This document shows positions 53,027 to 62,649 of a stretch of 64,000 bases of DNA, one piece after another; position 1 is the first letter of the stretch, and the number at the start of each line of letters is the position of its first letter. The DNA lies in assembly GCA_965203995.1 (NCBI GenBank), contig OZ241962.1, forward strand, positions 1,092,782 through 1,156,781. Direction: 5' to 3'. The stretch is from Dehalococcoidia bacterium (lineage in GTDB: Bacteria; Chloroflexota; Dehalococcoidia; Bin125). Made by a program: the position numbers and the translations under genes. The notes under the pieces were generated by a model that ran no database searches, was not told the origin of the DNA, and was given only the letters and a program-made list of their open reading frames with translations.

Positions 53027-53636
53027 GTCCCTCCGTCTCCCAGCGCTCGAGGATGGCCCGCGCATAACGCCAGCTGTGCGCATTGTTGGCCGCGGCTTCG
53101 ACGAAGGCGTCATGCAGCCAATCGGTGCCGTAACGCGCCTCTGCCGCCTTGAGCTCCTCCGCCAGAATCGGCGGCATTGGTGTCCCAAACGCACTCTGCC
53201 AGATCTCGGGCGCCGTGCCGTAAACCGCCTCCCGCCCATGTACCCGAGCAGAGTCGGGAGGCATTGGAGCCGACGCCATCGCCCTGCGGCCGTCCGCGTC
53301 GTTCAACGCCAGCCACTCAACCCATCGGCCTGCCGACTGCGCTCGACCAATCAACAACGACCCACGCCGGATCGCGGCTGATAGTCCCTGCTCGAACGCC
53401 TCGTTGACCTCCCGATCCACGCACATGCCGGCAAGCGCCTCAATCAGCGGCCGCTCTTCTCGCAAACCGGCCGTCGACACCCGCCTCGGAAACCGGCGTT
53501 GTCGACCAATCGCCTCAACAGCGAACAGCGTCACAATCAGCTCCGCAGGGTCACTCATCGCAGGCGCCAGGTCCCGTAACAGCGCCTGCGGCAGCGGCGT
53601 CACCGGAGCGCCCGAGGGAAATCCGTCGAAATCCAT
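52947..53636 (-). CDS. DnaD-domain replication initiation/helicase-loading accessory protein (DnaD/DnaB2-like)
   Basis: C-terminal DnaD-type motif LAEELKAAEARYGTDWLHDAFVEAAANNAHSWRYARAILERW. ATG overlaps the dnaB stop (ATGA). Confidence 0.6.
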   Translation of the reverse strand: MDFDGFPSGAPVTPLPQALLRDLAPAMSDPAELIVTLFAVEAIGRQRRFPRRVSTAGLREERPLIEALAGMCVDREVNEAFEQGLSAAIRRGSLLIGRAQSAGRWVEWLALNDADGRRAMASAPMPPDSARVHGREAVYGTAPEIWQSAFGTPMPPILAEELKAAEARYGTDWLHDAFVEAAANNAHSWRYARAILERWETEGRDGGDATAGTAAGGLESSRYRHLFRD

Positions 53637-55123
53637 CAGAACTCGCCCACTCCCGGTTCAGGCTGCGCATAGAAGTCCTCAAACTTGGCGATCGTCGAGA
53701 CGAAACGCACATCCACACGACCCACTGCGCCATGCCGATGCTTGGCCACGAGCAACTGCGCGACTTCATGGTCGCCCATTCGCGAGGCGTCGCTGACCAG
53801 GTCGTCCTGGTAATCGTCGCGGTCGTACATGTCCTCTCGGTAGATGAAAATCACTACGTCGGCGTCCTGCTCAATCGAGCCGCTTTCACGCAGGTCCGAC
53901 AGTTGCGGCACCGGCGGATGCCGACGCTCCACCGCCCTCGACAGCTGCGAGAGGGCCAGGATCGGCACCTGTAGCTCGCGGGCAATCTCTTTCAACGTGC
54001 GGGAGATCAGAGAGATCTCGCTGACCCGGTTCGTGTCCGACTGCGCTCGTGCCCAACCGTGTACGAGCTGAATGTGATCAACGATGATCAGCCCCAGACC
54101 TGCCCGCTCGTCGCCCTGTCTGTGCGCCCGCTCCTGGAGACGCGTGTGCAGATTCCGCGACTTCGCCCGGATCTCCGCCAGCGACTGACCCGCCGTGTCG
54201 TCGATGTAGATCTCCGCCCGGCTCAGCAGCCCGATCGCCTGCGAAATCCTGGCGCCCTGGTCTTCCGTATGCCGACCCAACCGAAGCCGCGAGTGCTCGA
54301 CGCCCGATTCCGCCGAGACCAGACGCGCCGCCACCTGCTCGGCCGACATCTCCAGGGAGAAAATCGCCACCGGCAGCGTCTGACCGATCGCCGCGTTGCG
54401 CGCCACCGTGAGCGCCAGCGCCGACTTGCCGACCGAGGGTCGCGCCGCCAGCACGACCAGGTCCGAGGCGTGCATCCCTTCGTTGAGCAGCGTGTCCAGA
54501 TCGGTGAAGCCCGTCCGCGTCGGTCCGTCGACGCCGAGTCCCGACTCGCCCTCTTCGCCCAACACGTCGCTGAGCAGATCCTCCAGGACACGGAAGTCCT
54601 GCCGCCGATCCGCGCCGCGAATGCCGTACAGAATCTCGACTGCCCGAGTCAGCGATTCACCCACATTCGGGTCCGCCTGGTAGGCCAGTTCGCCAATCTC
54701 GCCCGCCGCGCGGATCATGTCCCGATACGTCGCCGACCGCTGCACCAGCCGCGCGTAGTGTTCGGCACCGACCGTGGCCGGCAGTTCATAGACAAGCTGG
54801 TTCAGATACGCCTGGCCGCCCGCCTCCTGCAGGCGGCCCTGGTTCGATAGATCGGCCGCCACCGTGATCTGGTCGATCGCCTCATAACGCTCAAACACCG
54901 CCACGACCGCCGCGAAGATCGCTCGGTGACGCGGATCCATGAAGTCGTTCGGTTCCAGCATCCCCGCCAGGCGCTCGTACACGCCCGGTTCGGCCAGGAT
55001 CGCGCCCAACACCGACTCCTCCGCCGCCTGGTCGTGCGGCACTCCACGAGGCGCCGACCGCCCCCGCCCATTCGGCCCACCCGCTTGCGCCTGCTCGTCA
55101 TATGTCGGATCAGAGGAGACCAT
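53636..55123 (-). CDS. dnaB: Replicative DNA helicase DnaB
   Basis: ESVLGAILAEP N-domain. Walker A ARPSVGKSALALTVA. RecA-like H2-H4 motifs. ORF extends to 55168. Confidence 0.93.
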   Translation of the reverse strand: MVSSDPTYDEQAQAGGPNGRGRSAPRGVPHDQAAEESVLGAILAEPGVYERLAGMLEPNDFMDPRHRAIFAAVVAVFERYEAIDQITVAADLSNQGRLQEAGGQAYLNQLVYELPATVGAEHYARLVQRSATYRDMIRAAGEIGELAYQADPNVGESLTRAVEILYGIRGADRRQDFRVLEDLLSDVLGEEGESGLGVDGPTRTGFTDLDTLLNEGMHASDLVVLAARPSVGKSALALTVARNAAIGQTLPVAIFSLEMSAEQVAARLVSAESGVEHSRLRLGRHTEDQGARISQAIGLLSRAEIYIDDTAGQSLAEIRAKSRNLHTRLQERAHRQGDERAGLGLIIVDHIQLVHGWARAQSDTNRVSEISLISRTLKEIARELQVPILALSQLSRAVERRHPPVPQLSDLRESGSIEQDADVVIFIYREDMYDRDDYQDDLVSDASRMGDHEVAQLLVAKHRHGAVGRVDVRFVSTIAKFEDFYAQPEPGVGEF

Positions 55124-55228
55124 CAACGGCCTCCCCACGATCAACATCCCGTGAGAACCCGGACACACAACTGGCGGACGGCCAGCGAATCGGAATCTGT
55201 CTCAGGACTGCAGGACAGAAACGCGCGC

Positions 55229-55819
55229 CTACTCTTCGGCGTCCTCGACGTCCACTGCTGCTTCGCCAGCATCCTCCTCCTCGGCAGCCTCTAACTCCGC
55301 CGCCTCGGCTTCCTCCACCTCCGCCACCACTTCGTCGAAGCTCAGCTCCGCGCTTTCTGCGTCCGGCTCGACGATCACTCGTACCTCGGCAGACACATTG
55401 CGAGTCAACCGGACTCGCACATCCTCGGCGCCCAGCGATCGCAGCGATTGCGCCAGCAACACCTGACGGTGTTCGATCACCGCCTCCGGCACGCTCGACG
55501 CTGCGATCTCCGTCAGGCGTTCGGCGATGTCGCGGGCCGTGATCGAGCCGAACAACCGGCCCTGCTCCCCGACTCGCGCCTGGAAGGTCAACTCCTGCCC
55601 CGCAATCGCCAGCGCGACCGGACTCGCGTCGCCGTCCAGCTTCTCCTGTCGGATCGCGTCGGCCTTCGCCAGCCGCTCCGCCCGGGACAGGTTGTTCTTC
55701 GTTGTGGGACCAGCCAGGCCCCGCGGCAGTAGGTAGTTGCGCGCGAACCCGTTCTTGACTTCCTTGACCTCGCCCACCAACGCAGTCCCTTCGACCTCTT
55801 CGAAAAACACGACCTTCAT
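55229..55819 (-). CDS. rplI: 50S ribosomal protein L9 (with ~40-aa acidic tail)
   Basis: MKVVFFEEVEGTALVGEVKEVKNGFARNYLLPRGLA. Confidence 0.93.
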   Translation of the reverse strand: MKVVFFEEVEGTALVGEVKEVKNGFARNYLLPRGLAGPTTKNNLSRAERLAKADAIRQEKLDGDASPVALAIAGQELTFQARVGEQGRLFGSITARDIAERLTEIAASSVPEAVIEHRQVLLAQSLRSLGAEDVRVRLTRNVSAEVRVIVEPDAESAELSFDEVVAEVEEAEAAELEAAEEEDAGEAAVDVEDAEE

Positions 55820-55914
55820 CTGTTTGCTCCGCTCGATCCGTCAGCGATTCCAGACAACCATACCGATCCATGCGATACCGCCAAACACATGCCGACACAA
55901 ACGAACGCACGTTC

Positions 55915-55943
55915 ACGATAGAACCTCTGTACATCCCTTACAA
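55915..55943 (-). promoter_or_regulatory. Candidate sigma70-type promoter for rplI-dnaB operon (TTGTAA-17-TATCGTG), -35 overlapping the dnaE stop codon
   Basis: Lower-GC 118-bp intergenic region. Hexamers spaced 17 bp. GGAG RBS 7 nt before the rplI ATG. Confidence 0.3.
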
Positions 55944-58900
55944 CCCTGCCGCCGAGTCGCCTGCCGGCACGGTCGCTGCCGGCGACGCGGAAATCGTCGC
56001 GCTGCCGCGTTCGCCCAGCGTGCGGCTGACCATCTGCACAACCTGCTCGTTTGCATCCAACCGCCACTCGTCCGAGCAAACCATGACGTCCACTCGATCA
56101 CCCTGTCGAATCCGCAGAAACACCGGATCCGACCCGGCGTGCATCAACTTCATCGACGTCAACCCTCCCTCGAGCTGCTCCATCAGTTCGAAGTCCGCCG
56201 CTTCGTTGCCTGATGCATCGATCGTGATCCATAGCGCCGGTGCGGGCTCCGCGGCCGCCGGACCCGCGACCGGAATCGGCGCCGGCTCGGTCGCCGATGC
56301 CTTCGGCGCAGATATCTCTGCGACCGTCGACTCTGCCACTGCCGTCTCCGGCAAGGAACGCCTGGGCTTCAACATCCACGGCGGCGGTGGCGCGTTCCGG
56401 ATCGGCGGAACGACGATCGGTGCACGCCCACCCAGTGGATCGGGCGTTTCCGAGGCGGCCGCCGGGACTGACGCCACCTGCTCGTTCCAGGCCTCAACCG
56501 ACTCCACAGCCAGGGTCAGGCGATCCATCCGTACCCGGATGTTCACGCGCGTGACCACGATCTGGTTGGGCTGCCACAACTCCCGCGTTAACGCCCATTG
56601 GTCCGGCCAGACCGTCACTTCGGCCGTGCCCGAGAGGTCCTCCAGTATCACCGCGGCAAACGGATCGCCCTTGCGCGTGGTCAACTGACGAACGCTGTTG
56701 ACCAGCCCTGCCACGGTCTGTGTGCGTCCCGCCATCTCCTCGGTCAACTCCGACAACTGCGCATCGACCCGTCCCTGCAGCGCTCGGGTGGCCGCCTGCA
56801 GCGGATGCTCCGACACGTACGCGCCTAACAGCTCCCGCTCCCAGTTGAGCTGCTCGTGCGGCGTCGCGTCCATGCCCTCCTCGAGTTCCACTGCCGGCGT
56901 CGGCGTCGCCACCTCGGCCCCGAACAGATCGAACATCGAGGTCTGACCGCTGTCCCGCAACTCCTGCGCCCGCCGCGCCCGCTTGATGATGTCCTCTGCC
57001 GCCGCGACCATTGCGCCGCGAGGCTCGATCGCATCAAACGCCCCGGTCTTGGCCATCGCCTCAAGCGCGCGCCGGTTCATCGATTTCGTATCCAGACGTT
57101 CAGCCAGGTCGGTCGCGCTCTGGATCGGACCGTGCTCTTTGCGTTCCGCAATCAGCGGCTCGACCGCGGCCCGCCCCACGCCCTTGATCGTGCCCAACCC
57201 GAAACGGATCGCGCTGCGGCCGTCAGCCATCTGCTCGAGCGTGAACGTCGCCTCCGACCGGTTCACGTCCGGCAACAACAGCGGAATTCCCATCCGCCCG
57301 CACTCGGCCGCCGCCTCCCGCACCCGATCGCCGTTACCCGATGCCGCGCGCATCACTGCCGCCATGTAGGGTGCCGGATAGTTCGCCTTGAACCAGGCCG
57401 TCTGATACGCAATCGCCGCATACGACACCGCGTGCGCCTTGTTGAATGCGTAGCCGGCGAACGGCTCGATCAACTCGAAGATCGTCGCCGCGTCCCGCTC
57501 CGTGTATCCCTGCTCTACCGCGCCGCTCAGGAAGTTGCCCCGCTCGGCCTGCATGACCGCGGCAATCTTCTTGCCCATCGCCTTGCGCATGATGTCCGCC
57601 TGCCCCAGCGTGTAGCCGGCAAACTTCCTGGCAATGTGCAGCACCTGGTCCTGGTAGACGATGACCCCGTAGGTGTCGTCCAGAATCTCGCCCAGGTCGT
57701 CATGCGGATAGGTCACGTCCACACGACCGTGCTTGCTCTGGATGAAGCGGGGTATGTGCTCCATCGGCCCAGGTCGGTAGAGCGCCAGCAGTGCCGCCAG
57801 GTCGGGGATCGATGTCGGCTTCAGGTCCTCCACCACGCGCCGCATCCCGCCCGACTCGAGCTGGAACACCCCAAACGTGTCGCCCGTCGCGAGTCGCTCG
57901 TACGTCTTGTGGTCGCCGTCCGGCAGATTCAGATAGTCGATCTCGACGCCTTCGTGTTGCTGTACCAGCGCCACCGCTTCTTCAAGGATCGTGAGGTTGG
58001 TCAGGCCGAGGAAATCCATCTTCAGCAGCCCTACCGCTGCCACCTCGTCCATGCCCCACTGCGTCATCGGAATCCAATCACCGTCCGCCGACTCGTTCAC
58101 CGGCCGCCGCAACGGCACGTTCTCCGCCAGCGGCTCCTGCGAGATCACCACTCCCGCCGCGTGCGTCGACGTGTTCCGCACCACTCCGAATAGACGCTGC
58201 GCGTAGGACAGCAGCTCCGCCACGTTCGGATCGTCGCGCTGCGCCTGCTGAAGGTCCTGCGACTGCGAGATCGCATCGGACACCGAGATGTTGAGCTGGT
58301 TGGGCACCATCCGTGCCACGCGGTCGGTATCGCCCAGTGGAACCCCCAGCGCTCGGCCCGAGTCGCGGATCGCCGCCTTGGCCCCCAGCGTGCCGAACGT
58401 GATGATCTGCGCCACGCGGTCTCGCCCGTACTTCTCCGCCACGTAACGGATCACCTCGTCGCGGCGATTGTCGGCGAAGTCCATGTCGATATCGGGCATC
58501 TCCCGGCGTTCGAGATTGAGAAACCGCTCGAAGACCAGTTTGAACGCCATGGGATCGATGTCGGTGATGTCCAGGCAATACAACACCAGACTCGCCGCCG
58601 CCGAGCCACGCACCGCCCGGGCGATGCCGCGCCGCTTGGCGAACAGCGCGAAGTCCATCACGATCAGGAAGTACTCGGCAAACCCGGTCTCCTGGATCAC
58701 GTGCAGCTCATACGCCAGCCGATCCCGATGGCTGTCCGGTGGATGTCCGTAGCGCTGCTCGAGTCCGCGATAGGCGATATCGGTCAAATGCTCGAGCGCC
58801 GTCTTGCCCTCAGGAATGTCGGGCTGCGGCAGCATCATCCGGTCGAAGTCCAGCTTCACGCTGCAGCGCTCCGCCACCATCTGCGTATTCGTCACCGCCT

Positions 58901-59678
58901 CCGGCAAGTCCCGAAACGTTCTCAGCATTTCCTCTTCCGAGGTGAGATAGAAGTCCTCGCCGTCGAAGCGGAACCGCTTCTCATCGGTGCGCACCGCGTT
59001 GGTGCCGATGCAAAGCAGCAGATCGTGCGCGTCGTGATCGCCCGGCTCGCAATAGTGCGCGTCCTGGGTCGCCACGATCGGCACGCGCAGTTCGTTCGCC
59101 ATCGCCACGGTGCGCTCCAGGAGCGGCTCGAACTGCGGTAGTCCCTGGTGCCGCTGAATCTCGAAGTAGTAGCGGTCTTCAAACACGTTCCGGTACCAGT
59201 CGACCACCCGTTGCGCTTCGGCGAAGTCCTCCTGCCTCAACGCTCTCTGCAGCTCGGACGACGGGCACCCGGACAGCACGATCAGGCCTTCCGAGTACTC
59301 GGCAAGCAGTTCTCGATCCAGGCGCGGCCGGTAGTAGAAGCCTTCCAGATGCCCGCGCGTCGAAAGCTGGACCAAGTTGCGCCAGCCGCGTTCGTTTTCC
59401 GCCAGCAACACCAGGTGGTACGAGTTCGATGCCGCCTCGCGGCCGTCCGACCGGTCGTACCGGCTGCCCGGAGCGACGTACGCCTCCATCCCCAACACCG
59501 GCCTGATCCCCTCCGACTCACAGGCTTTGTAGAACTCGACCGCCCCGTACAGATTGCCGTGGTCGGTGATTGCCAGCGACTCCTGCCCCAGCGAATGCGC
59601 CCGCGCCGCCAGCGCCGAGATCTTCGACAACCCATCCAACTCCGAGTACTCGGTGTGCGTATGCAGATGAGCGAACAT
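55938..59678 (-). CDS. dnaE: DNA polymerase III alpha subunit (DnaE1) with ~150-aa C-terminal extension
   Basis: PHP domain MFAHLHTHTEYSELDG...AITDHGNLYGAVEF. 1246 aa. AAGGA SD before the ATG. Confidence 0.95.
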   Translation of the reverse strand: MFAHLHTHTEYSELDGLSKISALAARAHSLGQESLAITDHGNLYGAVEFYKACESEGIRPVLGMEAYVAPGSRYDRSDGREAASNSYHLVLLAENERGWRNLVQLSTRGHLEGFYYRPRLDRELLAEYSEGLIVLSGCPSSELQRALRQEDFAEAQRVVDWYRNVFEDRYYFEIQRHQGLPQFEPLLERTVAMANELRVPIVATQDAHYCEPGDHDAHDLLLCIGTNAVRTDEKRFRFDGEDFYLTSEEEMLRTFRDLPEAVTNTQMVAERCSVKLDFDRMMLPQPDIPEGKTALEHLTDIAYRGLEQRYGHPPDSHRDRLAYELHVIQETGFAEYFLIVMDFALFAKRRGIARAVRGSAAASLVLYCLDITDIDPMAFKLVFERFLNLERREMPDIDMDFADNRRDEVIRYVAEKYGRDRVAQIITFGTLGAKAAIRDSGRALGVPLGDTDRVARMVPNQLNISVSDAISQSQDLQQAQRDDPNVAELLSYAQRLFGVVRNTSTHAAGVVISQEPLAENVPLRRPVNESADGDWIPMTQWGMDEVAAVGLLKMDFLGLTNLTILEEAVALVQQHEGVEIDYLNLPDGDHKTYERLATGDTFGVFQLESGGMRRVVEDLKPTSIPDLAALLALYRPGPMEHIPRFIQSKHGRVDVTYPHDDLGEILDDTYGVIVYQDQVLHIARKFAGYTLGQADIMRKAMGKKIAAVMQAERGNFLSGAVEQGYTERDAATIFELIEPFAGYAFNKAHAVSYAAIAYQTAWFKANYPAPYMAAVMRAASGNGDRVREAAAECGRMGIPLLLPDVNRSEATFTLEQMADGRSAIRFGLGTIKGVGRAAVEPLIAERKEHGPIQSATDLAERLDTKSMNRRALEAMAKTGAFDAIEPRGAMVAAAEDIIKRARRAQELRDSGQTSMFDLFGAEVATPTPAVELEEGMDATPHEQLNWERELLGAYVSEHPLQAATRALQGRVDAQLSELTEEMAGRTQTVAGLVNSVRQLTTRKGDPFAAVILEDLSGTAEVTVWPDQWALTRELWQPNQIVVTRVNIRVRMDRLTLAVESVEAWNEQVASVPAAASETPDPLGGRAPIVVPPIRNAPPPPWMLKPRRSLPETAVAESTVAEISAPKASATEPAPIPVAGPAAAEPAPALWITIDASGNEAADFELMEQLEGGLTSMKLMHAGSDPVFLRIRQGDRVDVMVCSDEWRLDANEQVVQMVSRTLGERGSATISASPAATVPAGDSAAGL

Positions 59679-59700
59679 CGGGATCAGCCGTCCTTAACAG

Positions 59701-59832
59701 ATCATTGCACGTTGGACCCGTGAATGATCCGCCACTCCAACGATCTGGCGAAACGGCGGAGACGTGGGTTCGTGGGCAGCTAGTGGGACGGTCGTGGACG
59801 ATTCGTGGGCAACCGCCGCGAGATGTGGACGT
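59701..59832. promoter_or_regulatory. dnaE upstream region: imperfect inverted repeat ATCATTGCACG/CGTGAATGAT plus six CGTGG(G/A)-type direct repeats
   Basis: gacgtgggttcgtgggcagctagtgggacggtcgtggacgattcgtgggcaacc... at 59763-59832. IR at 59701-59729. Confidence 0.3.
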
Positions 59833-59834
59833 CC

Positions 59835-61061
59835 CTAGACCGCTTCGTCCAACCGAAACGCCGCGTGCAACACGCGCACCGCTTCTTCGCCGTGCGCTGC
59901 ATTGACCAGGCAGGTGATCCGAATCTCCGAGGTCGTGATTAACTCGATGTTGATCCCCGCCTCCGAGAGCGAACGGAACATCGTCGCTGCGTAGCCCGGA
60001 CCCGACTGCATCCCCGTGCCGATCAGCGACACCTTCACCAGGTCGTGCTTGAACAGCACATCGGCGGCGCCCAACTCCTCGGCCAGCGGCCTGCTGATCT
60101 CGCGCGTCTCTTCCCAGTCGGACTGCGAGACCGTGAAGGTCAGGTCCGTAAGCTGCAACTCCGAGGCGTTCTGCACGATCGTGTCCACCGAGATGCCCGC
60201 ATCAGCCAGGGGACCGAACAACTGAGACGCAATCCCAGGCCGGTCGGGCACGTGCCGCAGGGTGACCGACGCCACGTCGCGGTCCAGGGCAATGGTTCGT
60301 ACTCGGTTCTCGGGTTCCATCTGAACCTCCCTGCGAATCAAGGTGCCGCCGCCGGAGCCAAACTCCGCCTGCGACGACGCCACCAGGATCGGTATGTCAT
60401 ACAGCAGCCCCAGCTCGACCGCCCGTGGATGCATCACGCCGGCGCCCTGCGCCGCCGCCTCAAGCATCTCCTCCGAGGCAATGTCCTGTAAACACCGCGC
60501 CTGCGGCTCGATGCGCGGATCAGTCGTGTAGATCCCTGGCACATCGGTGTAAATCTCGACCTGAGAGGCGCGCAACGCAGCGCCCAGGGCTACCGCCGAA
60601 GTGTCCGAGCCGCCGCGCCCCAGCGTCGCGTAGTCGCCTTGCGGGCTCTGACCCTGGAATCCGGCCACGACCACCACGTGACCTTCGGCAAACTCCTCCT
60701 CAACCCGCCAGGTATCGATGCCGCGAATGCGCGCACGGCCGAACGTCGCGTCGGTGAACACGCCGGCCTGCGCGCCGGTCAGCGCCACCGCCGGGCAGCC
60801 CAGCTCGACCAGCGCCATGGTCAACAGGGCACTGGAGACCATCTCGCCGGTTGCCATCAGCAGGTCGGTCTCGCGCCGCGGCGGTCGCGGATTGATCTCC
60901 CTCGCCAGGTTGAGCAGATCGTCCGTCGTCTTGCCCATCGCCGAGACCACCACCGCGACCTGTTCCCCGTCCGCCGCCCGCGATGCCACGCGGCGCGCGA
61001 CGTTCCGCAGCCGCTCGACGGAACCGACCGACGTCCCACCAAACTTCTGAACAACGGTCAC
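59835..61061 (-). CDS. lysC: Aspartate kinase
   Basis: MTVVQKFGGTSVGSVERL...VVVSAMGKTTDDL. C-terminal ACT domains. Confidence 0.93.
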   Translation of the reverse strand: MTVVQKFGGTSVGSVERLRNVARRVASRAADGEQVAVVVSAMGKTTDDLLNLAREINPRPPRRETDLLMATGEMVSSALLTMALVELGCPAVALTGAQAGVFTDATFGRARIRGIDTWRVEEEFAEGHVVVVAGFQGQSPQGDYATLGRGGSDTSAVALGAALRASQVEIYTDVPGIYTTDPRIEPQARCLQDIASEEMLEAAAQGAGVMHPRAVELGLLYDIPILVASSQAEFGSGGGTLIRREVQMEPENRVRTIALDRDVASVTLRHVPDRPGIASQLFGPLADAGISVDTIVQNASELQLTDLTFTVSQSDWEETREISRPLAEELGAADVLFKHDLVKVSLIGTGMQSGPGYAATMFRSLSEAGINIELITTSEIRITCLVNAAHGEEAVRVLHAAFRLDEAV

Positions 61062-61984
61062 AGAATCTGCGCCCCGCCCGTATCGATCCCCGTCACAAAA
61101 CCGCGACCCATAATCCCTCGCGCCGCCCCCGCCGACTCGAACGCCGCCTGCACCTGCGGCGCCCGATCCTCGCTCGTCAGCGCCATCAGTGTCGAACCGC
61201 CGCCGGACAGGTAGGCCGCATATGCGCCCGCCGCGACGACCGCTTCGAACAACTCAAACATCTCCGGAAACAGCTTCGAGCGGGGAATCTGGTGCAGGCG
61301 ATCATCGACCGCGGTCGGCAGCGTGTCCCACGAGCCCGTAGTCAGCGCCGCCACCAGCAGCGCCGACCGGCACGAGTTATGTACCGCGTCCTTGCGGCTC
61401 AGCTTGTTCGGCAACAGCGCTCGGCCCTTCTTGGTCGACATGTTGAAGTTGGGCGTAAAGCCAACGAATCGCAGCCCGTCCGCCACCGGCAGCGCCACGC
61501 GGGACACCTCGGCGCCGGACATCGCAACCACCTGGCAGCCGCCGAACAGCGCCGGCGCCATGTTGTCCGCGTGACCCTCGAGGTCCGAACCGAGCTCCAA
61601 CACCCGATGCGCCGACAACTGACCGCCCAGCAGCGCGTTTGCCGCGACCAGTCCCGCCCCGCGGCAGGCTGCGCTCGCCCCGAGCCCGCGACCCAGTGGA
61701 ATGTCGGCCTCGACCGACACCTGGATCTCTTCCGCCTCGGGTCGTTCCAGATCCAGTTCTCGATACACCTCGCGCACAGCCTTGCGCACATGACGAGACA
61801 TCGGCGAGCGCTCGCCCTCGTCGCCGGCGGCCACTGCCACGGTAACCGTCGCATAGCGCTGCAGGGCCACGCCCAACGCATCAAACCCGGTGCCCAGGTT
61901 CGCCGTCGACGCGGGTACGCGAACCGTGATCGGCCCCAACGGCTCGATCGCTTCCGCACGTTCCGGCCAAGTCTCAACTGTCAT
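61058..61984 (-). CDS. thrB: Homoserine kinase (GHMP family)
   Basis: VRVPASTANLGTGFDALG GHMP motif. ORF extends to 62026. 61984 start avoids overlap with tmk. Stop overlaps the lysC start (ATGA). Confidence 0.85.
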   Translation of the reverse strand: MTVETWPERAEAIEPLGPITVRVPASTANLGTGFDALGVALQRYATVTVAVAAGDEGERSPMSRHVRKAVREVYRELDLERPEAEEIQVSVEADIPLGRGLGASAACRGAGLVAANALLGGQLSAHRVLELGSDLEGHADNMAPALFGGCQVVAMSGAEVSRVALPVADGLRFVGFTPNFNMSTKKGRALLPNKLSRKDAVHNSCRSALLVAALTTGSWDTLPTAVDDRLHQIPRSKLFPEMFELFEAVVAAGAYAAYLSGGGSTLMALTSEDRAPQVQAAFESAGAARGIMGRGFVTGIDTGGAQIL

Positions 61985-61995
61985 CGCGCCACATT

Positions 61996-62649
61996 CTATG
62001 ACCGAGATCCCCGTGCATCCAACCACTTGTTCACAACCTGCAGAGCCTCCGTCAACACCGCCGCCGCCGCTTGGCGAGCGTCAATCACTCGGACCCGCCC
62101 CGGTTGCTCTGCTGCCAGCCGGCGGAAGCCGGCATTGACCCGCTCATGGAACGCCAGGTCCGCATCGCCGATTCGGTCGCCCTGCGAGGATCGGGCCCGT
62201 GTGCGGGCCAGGCCCTCCTCCGCCGAAATGTCCAGCATCAGCGTCAGATCCGGCGACAGCCCCTGTGTCGCCTCACGGTTCAGAGAAGACAACCGCTCCA
62301 GATCCAGGCCGCGTCCGTAGCCCTGATAGGCCAGTGTCGAGTCCGAATAGCGGTCGCTCAACACAATCTCGCCCGCCTCCAGCGCGGGAATCAACACCTC
62401 ATGCACGTGCGACGCCCTCGCCGCCAGGAATAGCCAGGTCTCGTCCCAGTCGCTCATCGTCAACTCGGGATCCAGCACCAGACTCCGCAACCGGGTCCCC
62501 AGGGCGGTGCCGCCTGGTTCGAACGTCAGCCGCGCCGTATGGCCGGACTGCCCCAGACACTCCGCCAGCGACCGGGCCAGCGTGGTCTTCCCCGCGCCGT
62601 CTCCACCTTCGACGGTGATGAACACGCCCGACCGAGCGTCAGCCGGCAT
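61996..62649 (-). CDS. tmk: Thymidylate kinase
   Basis: [15 protein letters not shown]-loop and [12 protein letters not shown]. 217 aa. Confidence 0.9.
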   Translation of the reverse strand: MPADARSGVFITVEGGDGAGKTTLARSLAECLGQSGHTARLTFEPGGTALGTRLRSLVLDPELTMSDWDETWLFLAARASHVHEVLIPALEAGEIVLSDRYSDSTLAYQGYGRGLDLERLSSLNREATQGLSPDLTLMLDISAEEGLARTRARSSQGDRIGDADLAFHERVNAGFRRLAAEQPGRVRVIDARQAAAAVLTEALQVVNKWLDARGSRS

